A stretch of DNA of 34,243 nt from positions 1 to 34,243 of the forward strand of contig JAOZKO010000001.1 in assembly GCA_029935325.1 (NCBI GenBank), read 5' to 3'. Shown here one piece after another: positions 28,401-34,243 of this stretch (within the stretch, counting starts at the first letter, position 1; every line of letters starts with the position of its first letter). The notes beneath the pieces are model-generated. The model did not search any database. It was given only the letters and a program-made list of their open reading frames with translations, and was not told where the DNA came from. This DNA comes from Bacteroidales bacterium. Its GTDB lineage: Bacteria; Bacteroidota; Bacteroidia; Bacteroidales; UBA1556. The position numbers and the translations under genes were made by a program.

Positions 28401-29079
28401 AAGGCCCTTTGGTAGTAATATTTATAATACCACCTGTAAGGTCACCGTACATTACGGGTGTACCACCAGTAATAACAGCTACCTGATCGATTGCTGCTTG
28501 GGGCAATGTTGCTGATCCAATAACACGAACACCGTCAATATATGTAGCAGTACCACCTGATCGTTGACCACGCATACCACCCATATTGCCATTTTCATCG
28601 GAGAATACACCACCAACAGTTACAGCAACTGCCTCGGCTGAACGCCCTGGCATTTGTGCAATTTCCTCTGAGGTCATTGTTCCACCAGTAGAAGTTTCAT
28701 CTTTGTCAATTAAAGGTACTCTATATTCAAATACCTCGAAAACATCTAAGTCTGTTGCGGAAGATTCTAACTCAATATCTAAAAAGCGAATCTTGTTAGC
28801 ATTAATTAGTACACCTTTGTATAATTTCTTTTTGTAACCAACATATGATATCTTCACATCATACTTTCCTGGTTGAATCGGCTTGATTTTGTAGTTTCCC
28901 TCAAAGTCAGTTGTTCCACCATTGACTACTTTTCCTCCTAATTCTACCACCACGTTGGCAAAGGGAATAGGTTCTTTGGATACTCCATCGGTAACTTTTC
29001 CTTGTAATGTTCCGGATTGTGCATTTGCAAATACAGTAATCAACAAGATCATACTTGTTAAAAGTAAATTTCGAATCAT
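25444..29079 (-). CDS. Oversized TonB-dependent-receptor-type outer membrane protein (CarboxypepD_reg domain, plug, beta-barrel)
   Basis: The ORF is open from ATG 29148. ATG 29079 gives the signal peptide MIRNLLLTSMILLITVFANAQ. It has a CarboxypepD_reg-like sandwich (GTLQGKVTDGVSKEPIPFANVVV...GKYDVKISYVGYKK) and plug motifs (MRGQRSGGTATYIDGVRV, GGIINITTKGP). It ends in IRIGVIFNF, a terminal aromatic. Confidence 0.8.
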   Translation of the reverse strand: MIRNLLLTSMILLITVFANAQSGTLQGKVTDGVSKEPIPFANVVVELGGKVVNGGTTDFEGNYKIKPIQPGKYDVKISYVGYKKKLYKGVLINANKIRFLDIELESSATDLDVFEVFEYRVPLIDKDETSTGGTMTSEEIAQMPGRSAEAVAVTVGGVFSDENGNMGGMRGQRSGGTATYIDGVRVIGSATLPQAAIDQVAVITGGTPVMYGDLTGGIINITTKGPSRTFGAGVEVVTSELLDGYGYNLIGFSVQGPLIKGKDSTKSTSLLGFFISGEGNYNRDGSPASIGTYQVNDEKLEYLRNNPVRPSGTGFGSFPNSEYVYSDDLVNNHTRINAESMSANFSGKIDVRTTDNTNLTFGGQFIWGKRSLWSMSNTLYNPENNGERINNTWRVYGKFTQRFPTAKDSRSVVKNVYYSIQADYSRTTAKTYNPLHGDNIFNYGYVGKFTTHSVKSYELGEDTVTGLNNVYVQNGFLDTLYAFERSEINPNLSNYTDQYYNLYEDDRFYRNALTVQNGGALLNGQFPENVYGLYANTGTPYNAFSNFDNSRFGINANGSADIGNHEIQFGIQYEQRKETGYGYNPAGLWTLMRGITNRHIEQLDFANPILISDASGIFQDTIEYNRLYDGNTQAYFDKQLRTKLGLPVDGLEWIDLDSYDPSTFSVDMFSVDELLNSGSPYVFYYGYDPYGNKIEGKPAFEDFFNEINSDGNYTRTVGAYEPIYMAGYIQDKFAFKDLIFTIGVRFDRFDANQKVLKDPFLFSEAKTVKEITNPNLGSIPSNMEEDYVVYVNDIDNPTAIVGYRDGSRWYNAQGTEISDPTVLQTASGIAPYLVNPDEKELKPSAFEDYTPQNTISPRISFSFPISDEALFFAHYDVLTSRPTGNNRIPMINYYFIDQVGNGVINNPNLKPERTTDYELGFQQKLSKSSSLKFSAYYREFRDQIQAFRYTSAYPVSYISYNNIDFGTAKGVTLAYDLRRTKNLWLKVSYTLQFANATGSSATSGINLVTSGQPNLRTLSPINQDRNHTINVITDYRYGRGKAYNGPTFTRKVKGTDKVKVVRILENTGLNVTFMGGSGLPYSRQSNITSALLGGGQPVLDGSLNGSRLPWQFRMDLKLDRDIYLKGKGKNYHYLNVYLQVLNVLDSRNVMGVYRYTGNPDDDGYLSAAEHQSSIYAKNDPQSFIDLYSTKINNPYNYSLPRRIRIGVIFNF

Positions 29080-29174
29080 AGATTTAATATTTATATATTT
29101 ATAATTCCTGTGCGTTTTTAAAGGGCTCAAAAATAGAAAAAAATTCATTGGGTTTAACTAATTTTAACATCCAC

Positions 29175-29630
29175 CTAATTCTTTATGTATGGAGGGTTTA
29201 AAATAGCATCATATATGATAGCATCTTGTGGGTTGAAAACAAAATTATCCATAATGTTTTCCTCCTTTACTATTGAATAGGCAGCCTGTTTTTTATGTCT
29301 GTTTTTTAGGCTTATATTATCATCATATTCAATGCTATATGATGCACTATCCAATACTTTTTTATCTTCTATTATTTCATCTTCCTCTTCTATATATTCT
29401 TCATTATAATATTCGGTTTCAACTGCAGGAATAACTTTTTCTTCTCCAAAAAAAGTTTTAATAAAATCGTCTAATTTCTCCTCTGTATTGCCTCTTTTTG
29501 GAGTTTTTAACGGTCTTTCTTGAGCATTCCTTTGCTCAATAACGGGGTCAAGCCTTTTTTTCGTTGTTTTCTTGTATTGTTTATAAATCAAAAAAACTAT
29601 TCCAAGTATAATAGGTAAAAGATTTTCCAT
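29175..29630 (-). CDS. Small N-terminally anchored, highly charged hypothetical protein
   Basis: The ORF is open from TTG 29657. ATG 29630 gives MENLLPIILGIVFLIYKQYKK (TM anchor), then a Lys/Glu-rich region (EEYIEEEDEIIEDKK). I recognise no family. Confidence 0.45.
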   Translation of the reverse strand: MENLLPIILGIVFLIYKQYKKTTKKRLDPVIEQRNAQERPLKTPKRGNTEEKLDDFIKTFFGEEKVIPAVETEYYNEEYIEEEDEIIEDKKVLDSASYSIEYDDNISLKNRHKKQAAYSIVKEENIMDNFVFNPQDAIIYDAILNPPYIKN

Positions 29631-29670
29631 GCATAACGGTTTTGAAATTGTGTGCAATTATTTCAGAGGT

Positions 29671-29678
29671 CAAATATA
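29671..29678 (-). promoter_or_regulatory. Candidate -7 promoter box (TATATTTG) for the outer-membrane operon
   Basis: Plus strand caaatata is TATATTTG on the minus strand, 41 bp upstream of ATG 29630. Confidence 0.4.
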
Positions 29679-29991
29679 CATTATTATTTCAACGACAATG
29701 GAATAATTCAGATTTCGGTAAATTAAAGGCAGAAAACGGAAATTATAGAAAATTAATTTCAGAGTTCTAATTTATGAATATACCAGTCTTTATGTACTTT
29801 GAATCCATCTTAGATAATTCGGGATGATTATGTAAGTCTTAAAGGAATTATTACTCAAAGATACATTTCTAATTTTTTAGAGTTCTTTTGCATAATCCTC
29901 CGTTAATGTTTTATATAAATTAAACAGTCAGGCGATTACGGCTTTTTTGCAATAATGTATAATATTCACAAAATCAACACTTTGCGTCTTG

Positions 29992-30014
29992 GCGTCTTTG
30001 CGAGAAACAAAAAC
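29992..30014 (+). repeat. Short intergenic motif GCGTCTTTGCGAGAAACAAAAAC (copy 2 of 2 in window)
   Basis: Matches 7173-7195 apart from one indel and about 3 substitutions. It is preceded by a GCGTCTT half-copy at 29984-29990. Confidence 0.6.
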
Positions 30015-30050
30015 TCAACGAACTATTGTTTGCAGGTACTAGCTAATATC

Positions 30051-30809
30051 TTATTTCCCTTCATTCACTCCCATACCAAAAAGGGCAAAATCATATTTTA
30101 TAGGGTCGGAGGAATCAAGCTGTTTCAGATTATTTGTAAGTTCTACTACCGCTTTCCAATCATTTTGCTTGCGACTTAAAAGTCCTAGCTCTCTTCCCAT
30201 TCTAGCACTATGGGTATCTAATGGAATAAGTAGTGATTCTGCTTTTAATGATTTCCAGATTCCAAAATCCACTCCTTTTTCATCGGAGCGAACCATCCAT
30301 CTTAGAAACATATTTATACGTTTTGCGGCAGAGCCTTTTTCTGGATTTGCCACATGCTTTTCGCTTCTTTGCAAATGCGGTGTTTCAAAAAATACTTTTC
30401 GGAAGTGGATAATGCTCTCTTTCATATTTGTAGGATGCTCGGAGAAAAGAGGCTCCAATCCACCATGGTTTTTGTAGATGTTCTGAAGCGAATACATAAA
30501 GAACAAACAATCGTCACCATTGAAAGTGCGGTAAATGAAATCCGAAAATCGAGCGAAGTCTTTGTCGGGAGCCTGCATTATAAAATTGTAAGGCTGCCAA
30601 TCCATAAGCTCCATCCAAAGTTTAGCTTTTTTTATAATCTGAGGCCTTTGCCCCCAAGCAAGAGTTGCTGCTATAAAACCTGATATTTCAATGTCTTCCT
30701 TTTTGGAAAAGGCTCTAGGAATTTGAATAGGATCAGTCTCAATAAATTGTGGCTGCTGATATAATGCTGCCTTTGCATTCAGTATTTCAATAGTTTCTTG
30801 TGCTATCAT
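30051..30809 (-). CDS. TIGR02757-family (DUF2400) protein, cytoplasmic, function unknown
   Basis: 252 aa with no signal peptide. The N-terminal segment FIETDPIQIPRAFSKKEDIEISGFIAATLAWGQRPQIIKKA matches my recollection of the TIGR02757/DUF2400 family. Confidence 0.6.
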   Translation of the reverse strand: MIAQETIEILNAKAALYQQPQFIETDPIQIPRAFSKKEDIEISGFIAATLAWGQRPQIIKKAKLWMELMDWQPYNFIMQAPDKDFARFSDFIYRTFNGDDCLFFMYSLQNIYKNHGGLEPLFSEHPTNMKESIIHFRKVFFETPHLQRSEKHVANPEKGSAAKRINMFLRWMVRSDEKGVDFGIWKSLKAESLLIPLDTHSARMGRELGLLSRKQNDWKAVVELTNNLKQLDSSDPIKYDFALFGMGVNEGK

Positions 30810-30811
30810 AC

Positions 30812-31621
30812 TTACTTTGCAATATATGTCATTATTGAGCGTGTTTGTGCTGTAAATACTCCAATGGCATCTCCTTCAATATTACTAACAGGATTTCCTG
30901 GTGCAGCACTAAATCCACCACCACCTATATTTTGGCTAAGGACTTTATAATATTCAAAGGAGGCTTCGTCCATAGTAAGAAGACTTATATGTATTGTATC
31001 CAATGGATTAATGGGTATTTGAAAAAATGGAAATGCAATTTGGTCGCCATCTTGTCCGTCGTCACGGCTAATATACAAACTAGAATAGTAGGCTTTATTT
31101 ACAGATATTTTAAGCCTATAATAGTTTTTCTCACCGGGAATATCAGTGAAAAAACATACTGCCGTTAAATGGTCTTTTCCATGTGGACCAAACCCTAATG
31201 CATAGGCTCCAATGGAGTCTATTTTAACCATTTGAGGTAGTATTGATTTGCTGCTTATTTCTGTGCCTTCAATGCTCCCAGATAGCTCATACTCATCAAA
31301 ACTGGAACCCATAGGGATAAGAGGATTCCTAAACTGACCTTTGCCATAATAGTCTAAATGATAAGTATTGCCTGCTTTATCATTAATAAATAAGTCAGCA
31401 TCAGAAATAGTGTCAAATTCGTTACTTGTATAATAACTGCCTGTTCTTGTTAGCTTTACAAATGCATTTAGATGTGTAGAATCATAATGGGAATAGCTTA
31501 TTACTCCGTCTATTACAATACGTTGGTTAGCATCATTCAAATCCACATCAATTACTTTGGTGCAAGAGGCTAGGATTACTAATAGGCTAAAGGCTAGTAT
31601 TTTATTAAGTTTAATTTTCAT
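30812..31621 (-). CDS. DUF4249-family outer membrane lipoprotein
   Basis: Lipoprotein signal MKIKLNKILAFSLLVILASC. The ~270-aa size, the start CTKVIDVDLNDANQRIVIDGVIS and the position 3 bp after a ~790-aa TonB-dependent receptor gene are the usual DUF4249 context. Confidence 0.6.
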   Translation of the reverse strand: MKIKLNKILAFSLLVILASCTKVIDVDLNDANQRIVIDGVISYSHYDSTHLNAFVKLTRTGSYYTSNEFDTISDADLFINDKAGNTYHLDYYGKGQFRNPLIPMGSSFDEYELSGSIEGTEISSKSILPQMVKIDSIGAYALGFGPHGKDHLTAVCFFTDIPGEKNYYRLKISVNKAYYSSLYISRDDGQDGDQIAFPFFQIPINPLDTIHISLLTMDEASFEYYKVLSQNIGGGGFSAAPGNPVSNIEGDAIGVFTAQTRSIMTYIAK

Positions 31622-31624
31622 AAT

Positions 31625-33997
31625 CTAAAATTTAAAATTATAAGTAAGAGATGGAACAAATCTAAAAAGAGCCAATTGCACTGCTTCAGTTACATTTGGA
31701 TCATCTTCACTTACCTGAAACGATATTGAATAAGCATTCTCGCGTCCGTAAGCATTATAAACGGAGAAATTCCAGCTAGAAAGAAATTTCTTAGGAATCC
31801 TTTCCTTAATACCTGTTGCGGGATTTACTTTATATTTATATTTTTTCCCATACCAATTTACCCCAATATCAAGGCGGTGGTAGGCAGGCATTCTATATCC
31901 GTTTCTCTCAGTATAATAGTTTATTACCATACCATCAATTTCATATTTTCCGGAAGGGAAAGTAACGGCACTTCCTGTATAATACACCCAAGTAGCTGCC
32001 ACATTTAGCCTTTCTGAAATATCATACATACCAACAATTGATATATCATGCGTTCTGTCCTGACGTGCTGGATACCAGCTATTGGAATTTATTTCTTCAA
32101 ATTGCTTTTCTACCTTTGATAAGGTATATGATACCCATCCGCTAAGTTTGCCAATTCGCTTTTTTAATAATAGCTCTAAACCATAAGCCCTACCATGGCC
32201 GTATAATAAATCGCCTTCCACCAATGGATTGAAATTTACCTCAGCACCAGTACGGTAATCAATGCTATTTTGAATAATCTTATAATATATTTCCCCTGAA
32301 AACTCGAAGGTGTTTTTTCTAAAATTCCTGAAATATCCTAATGCAATTTGGTCGGCTATTTCGGGTTTAATATTATTAGAGCTAGGGAGCCAAATATCTG
32401 TAGGAGTACTACTTGTAGAGTTTGAAACTAAATGCAAATATTGATATGTACGAGCATAAGATGCTTTTACTGAGCTTTTTGGATTGATAATATATAGCAT
32501 GCTAAGTCGAGGCGCTAATCCATTATATGATGCTACTGTTTCTCCCTTTTCGTAATATTTTGAATCCGATACATCACCATCATCATCAAATGAATATATA
32601 GTTCCTGGTCCGATTTGAGTAAAGTTTGAATATCTTAATCCATAGGTTAAATGAAAGAATTTAGTAATCTTTTGCTCATTGGAGATATATAACGCACTTT
32701 CGATACTGTATCTCTTCTCTAATGTATTGTCAAGCTGAACTTCGCCATCAACTTTTACATCTCCTGGCGAAAAAGTATGGTGAATAATATTACCACCAAA
32801 GCTTAATTTGTTTTTACTATTAATAAAGTATTGCAGGTCCTCCTTTAAGTTGAAATCCAAAATATCAGAACCTGCCTCAATGGTTTTGTCATTAAATGTT
32901 GCTTTAAACACATAATTATAGTCACTATATAATAAGGTGGTGTTTGAGAATAATTTATCACTAAAAAGGTGATTCCATCTTAATGTAGCGGTTTTGTTTC
33001 CCCAATCAAATCCAAAGGTATTATCAAAACCGAACTTATCTCTACCGAAATATCCTGATAAATAAATCCTATCTTTTTTCGATACCTGATAGTTTGCCTT
33101 TAGGTTTAGGTCATAGAAATATAGGGTGCTATTTTGCTGTGTTTCGTTTGGTGAGAAGGCTAAAAACATATCGGCATAAGTTCTTCGGCCGCTAATAATA
33201 AATGAGCCTTTGTCTTTTACAATAGGTCCCTCTAAACTTAGTTTTGATGCAATAATCCCGATTCCACCACTGGCATGATAAGATTTATTATTTCCTTCCT
33301 TCATTTTTATATCCATTACAGAAGATAGGCGGCCACCATATTGAGCAGGCATTCCTCCTTTATATAGTTTAACATCTTTAAGGGCATCCGAATTAAAAAC
33401 AGAGAAAAAGCCCATCATATGCGATGCATTATATACCGGTGCTTCGTCCAGTAATATTAGGTTCTGATCGGCACTACCACCTCTAACAAAAAAACCTGCA
33501 CCGCCATCGCCTTCACTCTTAATTCCAGGAAGCAGCTGAATGGTTTTCATAACATCTTTCTCACCAAAGATTACAGGTATTTTTTCAACTTCTTTTATGG
33601 TGACTTTGCTAACACTCATCTCAGGACTGGTGACATTAGCATCAGATCTTTCTCCAGTAATTTCAACTCCCTGAAGTTGTTGTGATGAAGGTGTAAGCTC
33701 AATATTCTTTTGATAATTTTTATCCAGCTTAATTTTCATGGTTTTTTTTTCAAAACCTATAAATGAGTACAGAAGAGTATAGTCTCCTTCTGGAAGGCTC
33801 AATGAATAAAACCCATAAACGTTTGTAACTGCGCCAATACTTGGAAGTTCTTTAACTAATAACATAGCACCTATTAAATCTTCCCCACTGCTTCCGTCTT
33901 TAATAGTACCACTAATTGTATATTCTTTAGCGGTTTGACTAAAAGATGAGAAGGCAATAAGAATAAAAAATAGACTTAAAAGTATTTGTATTTTCAT
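31625..33997 (-). CDS. TonB-dependent receptor (CarboxypepD_reg domain, plug, barrel)
   Basis: The ORF is open from TTG 34009. ATG 33997 gives the signal peptide MKIQILLSLFFILIAFSSFSQT. It has a CarboxypepD_reg segment (YTISGTIKDGSSGEDLIGAMLLV...GDYTLLYSFIGFEKK) and plug motifs (FVRGGSADQNLILLDEAPVYN). It ends in SLTYNFKF. Confidence 0.85.
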   Translation of the reverse strand: MKIQILLSLFFILIAFSSFSQTAKEYTISGTIKDGSSGEDLIGAMLLVKELPSIGAVTNVYGFYSLSLPEGDYTLLYSFIGFEKKTMKIKLDKNYQKNIELTPSSQQLQGVEITGERSDANVTSPEMSVSKVTIKEVEKIPVIFGEKDVMKTIQLLPGIKSEGDGGAGFFVRGGSADQNLILLDEAPVYNASHMMGFFSVFNSDALKDVKLYKGGMPAQYGGRLSSVMDIKMKEGNNKSYHASGGIGIIASKLSLEGPIVKDKGSFIISGRRTYADMFLAFSPNETQQNSTLYFYDLNLKANYQVSKKDRIYLSGYFGRDKFGFDNTFGFDWGNKTATLRWNHLFSDKLFSNTTLLYSDYNYVFKATFNDKTIEAGSDILDFNLKEDLQYFINSKNKLSFGGNIIHHTFSPGDVKVDGEVQLDNTLEKRYSIESALYISNEQKITKFFHLTYGLRYSNFTQIGPGTIYSFDDDGDVSDSKYYEKGETVASYNGLAPRLSMLYIINPKSSVKASYARTYQYLHLVSNSTSSTPTDIWLPSSNNIKPEIADQIALGYFRNFRKNTFEFSGEIYYKIIQNSIDYRTGAEVNFNPLVEGDLLYGHGRAYGLELLLKKRIGKLSGWVSYTLSKVEKQFEEINSNSWYPARQDRTHDISIVGMYDISERLNVAATWVYYTGSAVTFPSGKYEIDGMVINYYTERNGYRMPAYHRLDIGVNWYGKKYKYKVNPATGIKERIPKKFLSSWNFSVYNAYGRENAYSISFQVSEDDPNVTEAVQLALFRFVPSLTYNFKF

Positions 33998-34026
33998 TAG
34001 AGTATTCAATATTAAAATAATTTTGG

Positions 34027-34034
34027 CAAATATA
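34027..34034 (-). promoter_or_regulatory. Candidate -7 promoter box (TATATTTG) for the second TonB-dependent receptor unit
   Basis: Plus strand caaatata is TATATTTG on the minus strand, 30 bp upstream of ATG 33997. Confidence 0.4.
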
Positions 34035-34213
34035 AAACGAAAATAGAACGGTCTAATAGGATATATGTTACTGAATCTTAATTTTTTTTTAAAAGTACTT
34101 AGAGTTAAAAGTGATTTGAGATATAATTGGGACTACAGGATTTAGAGTGGTAAAGTATTTTAAAAAAATCATGATAATCTTTATCAGTGCTAAATAATAT
34201 TTTAAGGGGCTGA

Positions 34214-34243
34214 ATGAATAAACTTGAAGTGAAAAATATCCGC
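34214..34243 (+). CDS. Possible 5' end of a gene running off the window (MNKLEVKNIR..., reminiscent of ABC-transporter ATPase N-termini)
   Basis: ATG at 34214 followed by 9 open codons to the window edge. Only 10 residues are visible, so this is very tentative. Confidence 0.2.
   Translation, partial: MNKLEVKNIR

Noticed and set aside
25694-28837. Plus-strand ORFs inside the large TBDR gene (25694..25978, 27519..27719, 28586..28837, 28922..29104) and the minus off-frame ORF 27303..27530
   Set aside because: They are antisense or off-frame shadows of a 3.6-kb gene with clear domain content.
29855-29893. 12-codon mini-ORF (MQKNSKKLEMYL) with a GGAGG 5 nt upstream, as a leader peptide
   Set aside because: It is too short to support from sequence alone, so it is mentioned only as a detail of the long non-coding region.
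29955-31168. Plus-strand ORFs 29955..30179, 30169..30477, 30354..30683 and 30845..31168
   Set aside because: They are antisense to the TIGR02757-family and DUF4249 genes, or read through the intergenic repeat motif. None has a motif.
34010-34213. Riboswitch (for example cobalamin) upstream of the second TonB-dependent receptor
   Set aside because: The candidate -7 box lies only 30 bp from the ATG, leaving a leader far too short for a riboswitch. I saw no conserved riboswitch core sequences in the 200-bp region.

Overview
AT-rich (by eye about one-third G+C), tightly packed chromosomal segment that looks like an anaerobic Bacteroidota genome. Supporting signs are TAnnTTTG -7 boxes upstream of starts, CarboxypepD_reg-type TonB-dependent receptors, a PorW/SprE-like T9SS lipoprotein, a T9SS-type C-terminal sorting domain and a Na+-pumping methylmalonyl-CoA decarboxylase operon. 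I support 26 protein-coding genes plus one tentative 10-codon gene start at the right edge. One real gene, the decarboxylase beta subunit (1-1327, minus), is missing from the ORF track because it runs off the window. Left to right: mce-mmdA-oadG-like-BCCP-mmdB operon (minus); PorW/SprE-like TPR lipoprotein; Dpm1-like GT2; LETM1-like membrane protein; PIN-PhoH ATPase; DUF4143-type AAA ATPase preceded by a 4 x 33-bp tandem array; PlsC-type acyltransferase; aminopeptidase P; GT2 plus UPF0104 flippase-like pair; RuvC; CapA-family protein; nitroreductase; HIT protein; GreA. These are followed by a four-gene outer-membrane operon (small acidic membrane protein, about 1210-aa TonB-dependent-type barrel, 1344-aa secreted protein with a T9SS-like C-terminal domain, PorV/PorQ-like barrel) and a second unit of TonB-dependent receptor, DUF4249 lipoprotein and TIGR02757-family protein. 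I saw no rRNA, tRNA, CRISPR array, transposase or integrase. The best candidate for an undescribed system is the outer-membrane operon at about 20.2-29.7 kb. The most striking non-coding structure is the phased 33-bp repeat array at 11049-11180. All product calls rest on motif recognition by eye; no database search or computation was run.
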